Below, in pieces: positions 27,930 through 41,862 of a stretch of DNA of 64,000 nt. This DNA comes from Chrysomallon squamiferum (taxonomy: Eukaryota > Animalia > Mollusca): contig CM022671.1 in the NCBI GenBank assembly GCA_012295275.1, positions 1,922,001 through 1,986,000 of the forward strand, in the 5' to 3' direction. Numbering within the stretch: the stretch's first letter is position 1; every line of letters begins with the position of its first letter. The notes under the pieces are model-generated. The model did no database searches, had not been told where the DNA came from, and was given only the letters and a program-made list of their open reading frames with translations. Both the position numbers and the translations under genes were made by a program.

Positions 27930-29799
27930 AATCAGTCAAAATATTGTTTTTGTGTAACTCGTTTTAATATAAACTTTCAGTAGTACAGTAGTGAGTTAAA
28001 TCCTGTAAGGACGAAGCTCTAGTGTAGTTTCCGATCAATTAAAACTATCCCTTTCTAGTCTAGCCCCCAAAATCTGTGTGAATCAAAAATGATATCCAAG
28101 AGACTAAACAAACATACGATGATGAAGTTCTTTTTTTTTCTCGTTTTTTTTTTTCGTTTTAACAATTCTTCAGGGATCTGATTTCTTCCCTGTCTCCAGA
28201 TAGATCTATAGGTCTGAGTTTTCTGTTTGTTCTGAGTGTTTAAAGGTCAAGTCTTTCTCAAGACTCCGCGAGGTCTGTACCTCAGTAATATCACAGAATA
28301 TCCCTGTGTTTTAGGTTAGAAAAGACATGTACATGTCCTCACCGACTTAATCTAAAATAAGATCTGGTTTCCAGACACCAAGAGAGAAACTGTGATTAGT
28401 AGGCCACTTGGACAAGCACTTCAGTTGACTGCTAAGACCACAGTAAGAGTTAAAGAGTTCTGTAAATAACCATTATATTACAACAGCAGAGACTGAAACA
28501 TAACTCACGTCAAACTTCCAATATTTATACCAACAATTTCCATTTTATATTTCAAATTCACGTACAATTTCAGAGACTTAAATTCGTCTCACGTTTAATT
28601 TACAATCCCGCGTACAATTTCCTGTTTACAACTTGTGTAAGTTTCAAATTCGTAAAGTTTCAACTAACGACACCAAACTCTCGAACTATATCTAATAACG
28701 CTATCGAATTAACTCAATGTTAAAATATCAGTCACATGGGAACAGCTCACAAATCACCAACGTTTAGTTTATCACATACAGATACCAGTTAGAGATGTCA
28801 GCGGCCTGTGTCACTTTGTGCCAAAAACACAACACTTTATAAACAAATAGTTTACCAAGTCAAACTCGTAAAATGTACAGTCAACAGCAACAACTGATTT
28901 ATAACATATTTCATAATCTTCGACCATTAAACAGTTATAGCGTAATTCAAAGACGACCTCAGTCTTATTAGTGCACAGGTTGAATTGTAATCTTGAGTAA
29001 ATCTTGTTAAATCCTTGGTTAAATTGTAAATAAACACTGGACGAACTGTTTTCAAGAAAAGTATAAGACGAAGAATAAATATAACAGAGATAGTCTCGTA
29101 TATCCAAAGATAAAAGAAACTGAAGGAAAAGTCACTTCTTGTTCACACAGAGCAGAAAACAATGGCCTGGCGTTTGCTGATGGTGGTTAAAAACCAAAAT
29201 AAAAATAAAATACAGATAATAAAATAATATAATAAAAAACAAATGTCAGTCCTTGACTGCACTGTAGGTTAAAAGAAGTGTCGATTTTTTATGTGATGAA
29301 GATTTTGAAAGAAAATTGATGTTTCCGCTCCTTATTGATGGAGAAGACTAAAGATACTTTCTTCAAGAAGATGCAAAGAACGGCTGGTGATGATAAACAT
29401 ATGATGATAAAGAAAGAGAACTTGGTGTGACTTAAAAAGAAAAGTCGATTCTGGTTCTGTTTGATGTACGTAAGTCACAAACCTTTCTCACAGCTGCTTA
29501 CACGGGAAGCGGGTAAACAGAGACGGGTTGGACAACAAGTTTAATAATAAATGAAGAAATTTTGAGTTTTTATCGAATTTCACTGAATGACGTCGCCTGG
29601 CCTCTCGTTAATGGAAGATGGCACGAAAGGTGTTTTTAAATTATTAATATGTAAGCCACAGGCTATTACAAGACACACAGTAACGTCTATTGCTGAAAAC
29701 TCGCTGAAAGACTTCTTCAACGATTACAGAACAAATAATTACATGAACGAAAAATCAAGGAACAACGAAGTAAAATAAACGAACGAACGAAAGAACAAA

Positions 29800-29834
<35 letters not shown>

Positions 29835-31168
29835 ATGCACAAGATGCTCAACTATTCAATCCTGAATCCAAATGTCTGAACTTTTGACAGTATTTAAACA
29901 TTTTAATTGTGAAACATTCCAATAAATCCTAGCACTCCATCAACTTTTTATGACGCCGCAAAATAAAATTCACCAACAAGTCAAATACATAAATACAGAA
30001 CTTCTAATCCTTGTTAGACGATACAGGTTTATATATATATGTATATGTGTGTAAGAAATCGCCAATAATCGATCCTTATTAAACCGACACGCCCGAATTC
30101 TTCCGACAACTTTTCTAATTGGCAGGCATCCTGGAGTGTTGTCTTTGTGGAAACATTAAAGTGTTTACCGGTATACACACCACCGCTCTATCTGAAACCA
30201 CTGGCTACAAATCGATGTGGTTGTAGTAGTGGTTGATGACGCAGTAGCCAACCTTTGTTTAATGAACTGTCTGTTAGGCTTCAGTGAACGCAACAAGGGA
30301 CTTGTTGTAATGTATTGACGTAGGGTATATTCTGTTGTTTAAAATCATATACGTATACTCTACATATTATCTGTTCGTTATAATGAAATATGGCGTTGAC
30401 TCTTTGTCGCATTAATACAATAACTCATAGCAATATTAAAGAAATATATTTAAAGGTAAAATAATGTAATAATTAATATCGTATTAGGTTAGTAAACATA
30501 ATACTAACTTTTATATTATATTATAAAAATATAAATGCTTAGTTAGAACTATACAGCTATATAAAGTTGAAACCAAATATTAGGAAGGGTTTAACTTTCA
30601 CAAAGTTAAATATTAGGATATAATAATATTTTATCGTGGGGTGTAACTGAAGGCTAAAACGATATGTTCCTATTGGCCATGTCTTTTCGGTAAATTGTAC
30701 ATATGGGATATAACTGTTGGATAAATTATACTTTAAATATTAGTATAGGATTAATATTCAAAATTAATATGACAACAATTATTCGTTATAAAATTCGCTC
30801 AAAAAATACGATATTGTAGCGTTCCAAGAACATGACTATTAGCAGGGAGTTCAGATCGTTAAAACAACATATTAGAGGCTAGATAATTAATATATATACA
30901 TGTGTGTGTGTATGTGTATGTACGTATACACGCACACACACACACACAAACATGTATATATATTAATTTATTTATTTATATATTTATTTATTAAGCTTGG
31001 ACAAAATAATCGGAAAATGTCAGAAGCTGTGTGTTAGCTGTATATTACAATTCACTGTTAAAGACAAAATATTAACGTAAGCTACAGTAACTGAATACAT
31101 TATTTCAGTAGGGTATATTCGCGGGTTATGGCTTAAGGATAAAAGGCAGAACTAAGTGTTAATGGTTT

Positions 31169-31220
31169 ATGGTATATATATATTCCTGTATGTGGAAAGG
31201 TGTCTATAAAAGACCTCTGG
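31169..31220 (+). mobile_element. Decayed SINE core fragment (Meta/MESC-like)
   Basis: tggtat...ttcctgtatgtggaaaggtgtctataaaagacct. Confidence 0.45.
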
Positions 31221-32228
31221 GAATATACCCGTTTTTCCGTCATTATCACATCATGAGCCCACAAAAACCACCACACCAACAAATTCAGCTCGGACCCTTT
31301 CACATGCAGACTGCAAATTAACTAGAAACGGTGGGATCTCAAGTTACAGTTCATGAGCAGTTGCTACAAATAATTACCAGTTTAAAACACACCTGTATTA
31401 ATCTGACAAGGTGAGGTCGTGAGTTTAAATCAATAAATCACTTAAGCATGGAAAATGAGGCAATACTTTGAAAACAAGACACAACCCCTAACAAGATCTT
31501 CAGAGAGATAAAATTAATGGACTGAAATACGGCATATTAAAAGGGTGCGGGAAAAGGTTGTGCTGCCCCGGGTATAAGCAGTTTTAGTTTTCATTTTGTC
31601 CAGTTATTGTTATTCCAGGGTCATTCTGTGTCCTTAGTTTTTGATTGAGATTCCCCCACAGAGATATTTGGTATCAGAAATGAGCTACTTAATAAATCGA
31701 CGGTAATAGTATTCTTCATTATTTGAAATTAAATTAAAACAGTAATTTTTGTTTAATGAAACATATTATTCTGTATTGTTCAGAGAAAGCGAAATGTTCA
31801 GTTTTATTTATTGTATTGTAAGAAATATTTACATGTAATGTGTTATCTCAGACTGAGCCGTGAGGTTTGTTTGTTAACTAATTCAGGTTCAGCAGATAAT
31901 AACTGTAGCTGTTTGAAAACGACTAATTGAAGTCTTGTAACCGTCTTGCAAATGTGATAATTTATATGTCTTTTCTGTGCATGCTTTACATTTCAAAGCA
32001 ATTCACACGAAGGTTTTTCCCCAGTTCAGAATGTTCTTGTTACATCTTTTGTTTGAAACCTATTACCACTCAAAATAGATTTTCTTAAACACTTGACTTA
32101 ATTCTTGTATTCAGACGTAAATTAGAATCAGTGAATAGCAGACTTAACCACTCTTTTGTTATACAGATGTTCAGTATATACTAAGAAACAGTCATTGTTT
32201 AAGTCACAGCTGATCTGCATCTTGCAAG

Positions 32229-32230
<2 letters not shown>

Positions 32231-32280
<50 letters not shown>

Positions 32281-32405
32281 TATATCTGTGTTAGCACACA
32301 ATGTATTAAACTTCGGAGTGTTTTCAGTGTATGTATCATTTTTCTTCATACAATAATTCAAACCGCGAAGTAAAAAATAAAGCATTATAATAATAGAAAA
32401 AAGAA

Positions 32406-32488
<83 letters not shown>
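32231..32488. repeat. (GT)n and (AG)n microsatellites
   Basis: 32231-32279 and 32409-32488. Confidence 0.93.
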
Positions 32489-32492
<4 letters not shown>

Positions 32493-34158
32493 CGTGAAAT
32501 AAAAAAAAAGAAGTAATTTTGAACTGAAACTTGTCTGTTTGAGTTACTCATTCATGACGTATGTTAACCAAGCCAGCAGCAATTATTGTAATTTGGCATC
32601 GACAGTTATGTCCTCCTGACTGCATTATCTCTTTAATGGGTGTTTTTGTCAAGGTGTCCGGTATTGGAAAGAGATTAATGTTTCAGGTAAACATAATTTA
32701 TATATAACATTCTTTTGAAGTTGCTGTGCATTCACTGGAGTGCGACTGAGTATGTTTTATTCAAATCTCGTTATGAACCTTTTTTCGCACCGTTCATTTT
32801 GAATGCATCATTAATCCGTTCGATTTCTTCTAATCCGTTTTGTAAACTGTTTTGTTTTGAGTTCATTTGTACTGTGAAAATTTATCGATAATCTAATAAT
32901 TTGTATTATGAGTTCATGCTTTATATTTTTTATTTATTTACTTTTATTTTTTTTTTATTATTATTGTTTTTAATTACTGTTTATTCTTCTTCGCTGTACT
33001 GTGTCGATGTACTAAGGTTGAATAGTGTTTTTGTGTCACTCATCTGACTTGCTAGTTCACTAATAGCGTCCCCGCTCTGACATCACCACTGATTTATGAA
33101 AAACAATGCTATCTGCTTTCTCGTCTGAGAACGTAAAAACACACTTTTTCCTTTTTGATAAACTTAGATCACGGGGTTGTCGTATCTTCATGTAAAAATA
33201 GGTTTTAGAAAACCTGTTATTTTAATCTTAGTATTCAGTATTTGTAAAAATGGTAATTGACTGATGCGTCTTGATTTTGTTGTCGGTATACATGCATACA
33301 AAATAGTTCTTAAATAACTATTTCTTATTCTTTTTTTAACCAACAGTTAAATTTTAATAAGATAAATATAATTATGTAGCAAAATGATTATTCTTTCGTT
33401 TAAAAAATCTCTTCTTTCACACGCATGATGCCACAAATATTTTACATTTACATTCAATAAAAAAAAAAAAATTGTTTCTGATTTAAAACAGTTCCGAAAA
33501 TAATCATTTTTATTCAGTATATGTGAAAAAGTTGAATATAAACTGATCGTTACAGTGTAACACGTTTTGGATCATTTGTTACCACAGGAAAAATTCGTAT
33601 TATGTCCGAGGCTCTACACGCAGGGGCGGATCAGTGGGGCTCTACAGGATGGGTTCAGACACAGGTTTACAGAAACAAGTACTGATCCAGTAGAACCTAT
33701 TTTAATACTTCAACAGAAACAGAGGATCATATATAAGAAGAAAACAAAAATTCTGTAAATGTAGGCACTTTACTACGAATATAGTATTTATTATCAGTAA
33801 GATCAATTCATCTCTTAATCTTTGTTAGTATAATACAAATATAAATACATATATACATACATACATATACAGACACGTATATATATAGCACTGTACATAA
33901 TAATAGACGTATTATATGTCTGTTGTCCTTTGTCAGGTTTTCTTTGTGTATTATCTATACAGGGGGTATATTTGTGTGTGTGTAATGTGTGTGTATTTTT
34001 ATATATGTTTACATTGACTACATATTTTAGTATCTACACGTTAATTACGTCTTTGTATTTCTGTCAGCTAGAGACCATTCACACAATATTTGTAGACTTG
34101 GTTAAGTGTTGTTGTTGTCGATTGTAATGGTAACTATGACTCTATATTATATAAATTG

Positions 34159-34200
<42 letters not shown>

Positions 34201-34952
34201 TTATTACTACTACAGTTATAATCAGTAATTATTTCGGCTCTTACCTCTACAACTATTACTATTACTACTATTTATTGTTATGGTTGTGTTATTATTAGTA
34301 TTATTATTATTACAAGTATTAAGTTTATTTATTCATTATAATAAGGCAAATATGCAAACTGATCGCGTTCGTTATTTTTCCTGACACACAAATCTAGATA
34401 AGAATTCCAGTCAGCAAGTATAAAATGAATGACGTCAGAGGTAATTCTGTCAGAAACGTGATTTAATTAATTTCCATCATGGTTCTACAATTTCTGGACA
34501 CCCTATATTATTCATAATTGGTTTCCAAAATGGCGTGTTCAATTAACGCTCAGTAGGCTTTGTAGTTTCAAGGGAGATAACTGTAATAGCAGTCTGTTCC
34601 ATGCAAGGAATCAATTATCGTTCTTATCTGTTGGTCAGGTTTTGAAGATTAGTTTCGTACATTGTTACCATAACAAAACATTCATGTGGAAAATGTGTTT
34701 CTGTAAAACTGATATACACTGTTTGTATGAAACTGATATCAAAATAACACTAAACCGGGGCGGATCTAGGGAAAGAAAGAAAATGTGTGTTATAATAATG
34801 ATTAGTAATGAACGAAATTAAATAAACGACATACTACCACACTTCAAACTGTTACAACTATCTCCACATCGTTGTTGTATTGTTGACACTAGCTGTTGCT
34901 CTTTTAACAGTGCTAAAAAAGTAAGAAATGATATTTAAATAACCAGACTTAC

Positions 34953-35458
34953 ACTTTGTTGCTTTCACTGATTTCTTCGTCTTTGTTCACGGACAGCGTC
35001 CTCAGACAAAACCTCTCGATTCTTGGTGTGTGCTCGTCACTTGTCGACTCTCCTCGTGACGTGTCTCTCGACGAATCCCGCGGACTGTCCTTGGCGTAGT
35101 ACAGCTCGCGCACCGGGTACTGTCTCAGGTTGAGTGACGTCACCGAACAGCCAGGTGACGCAATCACAGACTGGTGGTGTCTGTACCGCGGGGTCAGCTG
35201 CTCTTGCAGCCTGTTGGCGGTGTCCCGAGGGGTCGGGGTTTCGCGGAGGTTCAGTCGGGGGATGTGCGGAACTTGCTGACTCGGGGGGACCACTTTGAAT
35301 GGCGTTGCACGCGGTGTTGATCGCGGGGAAACACGCGGCGATGGGTTCAGTTTCTGAATGCTGTCGTGGTAGTCTGTCCACGCCTGTTTCATTGGTTTGG
35401 GTGCCGTGGTGGAGGACGAAAGGGCGTTGGCCGTTTTTGGATTGAAAATTCGACTCAT
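34953..35458 (-). CDS. ATG-initiated coding exon C (MSRIFNPKTA...SESNKV), probable alternative first exon of the kinesin
   Basis: GC-rich 168 codons +2 nt; in-frame TGA 36 nt upstream with no AG in between; gtaagt donor in phase 2; rich in S/T-P-R motifs. Confidence 0.7.
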
Positions 35459-36129
35459 AATGGTTGGTTTGTTAGTTATATTTTCATTTGTTCATTAAAA
35501 TAATTTTCAAAACGCACTAAATTTAGCAGAGTTTTTCATTCTGTTATCAAAATTTCTGCGTATACTCAGAAGCATCCATGGAACAAGTATGAAAGCAGAA
35601 CACAGTGATTTAGCAATATCTATTAATTCACAATTTTCATTTCAGGAACTCTTAAACCTTCTAAAAAATATTGAAATTATAAATCACAGCAAAGCATTAA
35701 ATCCATATTCATCTGTTGAATATCTATTTCTTGTGACCAGAAATATTACATGTCATTCTTAGAATTAGTACATTTATACAACACACGGAAAACATTAATC
35801 CAACTGTCAAACGATGCTTTTGCTACATCCAGAATCAGAAAGCTGACAACCAGAACAACGTAAAAGAAATCAGGATTAACATAAATAACATGAAATGTTG
35901 ATCAAATCACCGTTATTCCGTTTGAAAATGTTGTAGTCCAAATGTAGCCATTTCTTGCTGAGAAAACCGATGTGAAACCAGTGGACGTGCAAGTGCTGGG
36001 TCTGAGAAAGGTCGGGTGGAAGTGACGGATTACGTGGCTGATTTTATTCAGTCAGGGCATAACTCCGTATTAGTGTAACATGCTGTGCATTTAATCCACG
36101 CTAAGAAGATCAGTGCAGCTTTCTGTAAA

Positions 36130-36170
36130 TAACGTAGTTACGTCATGACGTCGGGACGCACGTGAATGTG
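36130..36170. promoter_or_regulatory. CRE-like/E-box cluster upstream of exon C
   Basis: ttacgtcatgacgtc and cacgtg in a CpG-richer patch ~700 nt upstream of the ATG at 35458. Confidence 0.3.
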
Positions 36171-36521
36171 AACGACTGCAGATGTATGTCAGCGATGTAA
36201 TGAGAGCTGGTTCACTGAATGTTGCGAAATATTAGGTAAGTCAGTAAGTAAGCAAGTATGTAATTAAGTAGTTAAGTAAAAAAGTACGCAGGGAAGGAAA
36301 TAAGTAAGTAATTAAGTAAATAAAAAAATTTAAAGCAAAAAACTGAAACACCCAAATAACAATATAATAAAAACAGAACAAAAAAGAAACAACAACGAAA
36401 AAAAAAAAAAATACCCTTCCAGTAATGTAAAATGTATCTGATAAAAAAAATTCAGATTACCTTGCTTTTATTTAATAATCTTTCTTTCGATCTTTTGTCT
36501 GCTTAAAAACACATACATAAG

Positions 36522-36751
<230 letters not shown>

Positions 36752-37656
36752 ATCTCATAACTTTCATATTGTTGTTCTAGTTTCAGATTTGTAGACCCGT
36801 ATCAGCAGAACTGACAGCTTCACAATAACAAGTAAACATTTTATAATTTAAATAGCGAATTAAAACACATCATTTTAGCTTAAGTTCATCTCATAAAATA
36901 ATAAACAATTGCACTATAAAGGTTTTAGAATAAACGAATAAGTGAATAAATCAATAAATCAATAATGTATCAATCGGTCCATCAACATATAATGTATATG
37001 ATGATGGACTGATTGGTCGATTTGTCGACTGATCGTAAAACTGATAGTAGATAAATGGATAAAGCCGATTTAATGAATTAATGAATGAATAAAATGAATA
37101 TATAGAGGAATAAAAGAACTAATCGTTTACCAAATGAAGAAACCAATGACAATGAATGAAGAAACAAATACAGAAATAAATTATTTAATGTGAACACAAA
37201 ACTGTATAACAAAGAAAATATATAAAAATCATTTTAATATGTGTTATTGTGCGTTATTTGAAATTTAACAAGTCAAAATCTATATTAAAAATATTTTACT
37301 ATCATCACATAACATTCCGCGCTTAGCTCCTGACATTCAGTCAAAGATATTTTATTTAATGCAATCAGAATTTATTCAAATAACTATAACTAGGTTAGGA
37401 TCAAATTCAATTATGTTATGTTCACATTTAGTTCATATATAAGATTTTAAGTTAGAGCGGAATCATCAATACTTTTAATTAATTCACATGTAGCCGTATT
37501 AAGTTCAGAAGTGTCTCTAACAAGTTCACATTTATAAAGTGATGTTCTACTACATACTAGGTTTAAATTTAACAACATTGACAGCATCACCAACTTCACC
37601 AGTAGATTCAACGACATCCACGCCAACGTCTACGTTGTTATGGTTACTGGTACTTA

Positions 37657-37795
37657 ATCAAGTTTAACGAAAACCACATTATGTTGAGCGAGGGCCACAG
37701 CAAGTACAGGTAGGGCCACATGGCGTACATTGGCGGCCTCAGCAAGTTTAGAGACAGATACATCAAGTTTAACGAGGGCCACATCAAGTTTATTG
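37657..37795. repeat. Diverged 21-bp tandem repeat, ~6.5 copies
   Basis: Consensus atcaagtttaacgagggccac, exact 21-bp register. Confidence 0.75.
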
Positions 37796-38473
37796 TCTTA
37801 GTGACCACAGCGATTGACGACCAGACTGAGTCTGCGTCGAACCACATCACGAAGGGTAACTGTTTAAAACTTGTGTAAATCTTCTTCAGCAATCAGTTCA
37901 CTTTATACCACGCCTCGCCTCTTGTCTGCTGTTCTCTTGTTTTATAAATCTGTGTGATAATTCCTTGTCTGCGTGGTCCTATCGCTATAGTTTTATATCA
38001 TCGAAATATTCCAGCTAATTACGTAGAAATACTGTGACGTCACGCTATTGTTTTGTGGGAAAACGTCAAGGTTAGTTTCTTTTATGAAAAGGAACTGTCG
38101 CAGTTTTGAGAATTACTTTTTATTATAATTATCAGGCTAATTTTTAAAGACAAACATACCATTTTGAAAATTATAATTATAGAGGGAATACTGTTTCCGG
38201 AATCAGTTGGATTTTTCTTTTGTTTTGTTTTATTTGTCTTTCTTTCTTAAAAGGTAAAAGACTGAAAAAGGCAAAAATGTTCGAATATTTATAATGTTGT
38301 TTCATTAACGAATGGACTTCTTTGTTATCAATTCGTACTTAATTTTAAATAAATCAGACAGAAAACTTTATGCTAAATACTAGAGATACAACAGAAAATA
38401 AGGAGAAACAAATAAACGGTAAGTTAGTAATTATGTAAATAAAAAAAAAAAACAATGGTAAAATTCAAACAGT

Positions 38474-38479
38474 TTTATT
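38474..38479 (-). terminator. Candidate polyadenylation signal (AATAAA) of the PLA2-like gene
   Basis: AATAAA on the minus strand ~220 nt after the stop; AT-rich context limits specificity. Confidence 0.4.
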
Positions 38480-38618
38480 TTCTGAAAACATCGTTTTATA
38501 TATGCCATTATTATTTTCATATCTTGAAACTGCACAATGGAAAAAATAAATAAATTGAAAAAAAAAAGAAAATGAAAGAAAAAGCCAATCAGAGATAAAT
38601 AATAAATGAAAAAAACAC

Positions 38619-38672
<54 letters not shown>

Positions 38673-38700
38673 CATTAATAATAATAGAATATGATTAAAA

Positions 38701-38990
38701 CTAACATTTACTATTTCGATTTAGAAAATGGTTCCGTAGGCTGTTTAAAATTCGCCATTGGTGCAAAATCTTTGATAAGCACTGTGTGTACCAACGGTCA
38801 TATTTCACGCACAGTTCTTTATCTTTAGGCTCAAAACACCCCACTTTGATGACGTCAAAATAAATATGACCTATTTCCTCTGCCGCCTTCTTTTTCGCGT
38901 CCTTCAGACATTTCCTGAACTTGCGCTGACATTCACAGCTGTGAATCGGCCACGGGTATCGGTTAAACAGCCCATTTTTCTTTTTAGCCA
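38701..38990 (-). CDS. Group III secreted PLA2-like gene, exon 5 (terminal)
   Basis: GLFNRYPWPIHSCECQRKFRKCL...IGHIYFDVIKVGCF matches the group III (bee-venom type) C-terminal half; ttttcag acceptor in phase 1; TAG stop. Confidence 0.92.
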
Positions 38991-39661
38991 CTGAAAATAA
39001 ATAACAAACACTGAATTATTAAAAGTGATTTAAGTGAGGATAGGTGGCTACAATGAGGTTATGGATAACAGATTTTATAAATTTATATTAACGTGTATTT
39101 CTGCATCAGAGATTCAGTGTGTCTGTTTGGACACGCATAATAATTGTGTAGATATCTTGTGCAGTCATCATGATTATCAAAACATCACTACTGTTATATA
39201 TCCATTAAAACATTTGTGTCGTTGTCAACATCAATAATGACAACATCATCAGCACCATCATTAACAACATTACAGTTGCTATTATCTCCACTTAGATATC
39301 ATTTATCGTTACATCATCATCATCATCTTAATCACTGTTATCGTAAGCATCATCATTACAATCTCTACAACCAACGTGCATTTTTAATTTTAATTTTGTT
39401 ATTATATGTCTGTAATGTATTCTTCTCTGTACTGTAATCTAAGTTTAGAGAATAAAGTCATTGTCATAGTCATTGTCATATGACATCACATCACATCAAC
39501 ATCGATATTGTCTTCATCACAAATATCACAGTCGACCGTAATCATCATCACCGACGTCGTCATCGTCATCTTTATTGTTGTTTGACTTCTCCAGGATCTC
39601 TTCTGTCCTACTCAGGTGACAAAGTGAGCGACGTGCACTGAGCTACCTGATAAAATCTCAC

Positions 39662-39781
39662 CTGGAATTACATCTTTGCATTCGTGTAACGCTTTACAAC
39701 ACCGGTCTGCCTTTCTTGTCTTGGAGCTGTCAGACAGTGTACTGTTTTCTGCAACTCCAAACGTCTTACACCAGTTAGAAC
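39662..39781 (-). CDS. Group III PLA2-like exon 4 (GSNWCKTFGVAENSTLSDSSKTRKADRCCKALHECKDVIP)
   Basis: WC...DxCCxxxxxC Cys pattern; 120 nt, phase 1/1; cgcag acceptor, gtgaga donor. Confidence 0.92.
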
Positions 39782-41742
39782 CTGCGATACAAACAGCTCT
39801 TAAATTACACAATGTCAAAAGTGTATTTTTATTTCACCTATCATATGTGTAATATATATATATCTATTTTTTGATTTTGTTCTCTATACAAAAAGGCATA
39901 AACGACTGAGTCGATAGTGTACCCCCAGCTGAAGTTAAAAAATGAATGAAGATCACGTGTTGCACAAAAAGCAGAAAGCTTGATGATAGGTTTTTGATTC
40001 ACATTACTGCAGTTGCTTTATAGTAAAATATCGGTTTGTAAATTTAATATATTAACTATTTATTTATTTATTTATTTATTTATGTCCATTGACCACATTG
40101 AATAAAATTACGAATAAAATATTTCAGCTGACTAAATTCCCCTCAGATACCAGTGATCGTCAGTCTGGGCGCTAGCGAACACGGTGGGAATTTGACCTTT
40201 TAGGGGCTTTCCTAATGTGTTATAACATTATGTTATAATCCACAAATAACTGGATAACCTTTAGAAAGAAAGAAGTTATTTTTCTCTTGTATCCTGGGTT
40301 AGAATTTGGGTAGTCAAAACAATGAAACATTAATGAACAATTCATTAAACTTCTATTTAAATTTTAATAAATATAATTCATGTTTAATCGCTGTTTTTAA
40401 ACTGATTGTGAGCTTGACAGGCGTTCCAGCTTTACAGTGTCTGAAAGTGGTTGAAAACAGAGTGCCACGCGCTGCTCTGCATTATTCATGACATTATAAA
40501 AGTAATATTCGTAAACTTACACACAAAAATGTATGAATCAGGACTCATAACAAGCATTGTAACTCGTTAGTTTGTTGGTTCTTTCTTTCGCTGATTCACC
40601 ATATTTAGTGTAATCAGATTATTCATAATTTTCACAAACATTATTACCGACAGTAATGTTCTGCTTCAATATAAAGAAAACATACAAAATAGTAAATAAC
40701 TGATAGCAAAGAAAAGGTCTGCTTAGTATTGCCATCTTAATTCCATTTAAAAGCAATAATGTTAAAACTGGCGTAAAGACACAAATTCATTTAACTTATC
40801 ATAAATTACAGCACATTCATATTTGAAAGTTCAAAGACACATGTTAGCTTGTCTGTGGAACAAGCTGATAGTAAACGCAAAAGTATCATCCAGTTAATTT
40901 TGTTTTCTGATAGCGTAAACGCCTCTCCATCTAAAGCCGTATAAACTGAATGATAAAGAGTCGTGTAATGTGCTTTTTATGAATAAATATTATCTGACAT
41001 GATGGAAACGGAAAGATAAGGATAACATAACGTTATGCTTTTAATGTGGTAGGAATTTTAAAAATCAAATGGCTTTCATCATTCCGAATCTCTGCGTTCG
41101 TAAATCACCATTCTGTTTCAGTGAATGTTTTAGTTATCGTTTTTTGCTTTTAAAGCCAAAATGTTCACGACTTTCAGATGACGCAAGAGATAGGAAATAA
41201 TGGCGCTTAAACAAGAAATGCTATTTTAATCCGCAAATTTTAATATCTGATTGAAGATTTTTGATTGAGGCAGATAAAAAGACGTATCAACGTGATGTTA
41301 ACGATCTATTCATTGAAGACTCATTTACAGAAATACTGTGTTTATAGAAATGTTTTTTTAATTTCTAAAAACAGTGAAGCAGATACTGTGTCTCAGTGTG
41401 TTTAATTATCTTGATAAACAGAAATATTGAGCTGAAGTCAGTAATATAGTTCTAAGTTAGAACTTTTCATCTCAGGCCTAAGACAAATAATGATGAGAGT
41501 GATTAGTAGTCTTTCTTTTTGCACAAGAATATAAGTGGTGTTTTTTTGTGAGGGTTAATATAAATACATTCATATATACACGTGTACGTGAGTGTGAGTA
41601 AGAACGCGTTAAAAAGAAAAGAAATAATAAAGTGACACGTAGAAAGAGAGAGAAACAGAGGTGAGATAGACGCAAATATATATGTGTGTATGCATGTATG
41701 AATGTGTGTGTATATATATTATCTCTCTTTCTCTCTATATGC

Positions 41743-41862
<120 letters not shown>

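Noticed and set aside
28811-29107. 98-aa minus ORF
   Set aside because: TTG start, no motif or convincing splice sites; likely UTR or intron of exon B.
30995-31605. Possible Tc1-type non-autonomous element (tggacaaaat...attttgtcca)
   Set aside because: Only ~10 bp of inverted match and no clear target-site duplication.
35037-35381. 114-aa overlapping ORF
   Set aside because: Alternative frame within GC-rich exon C; no independent support.
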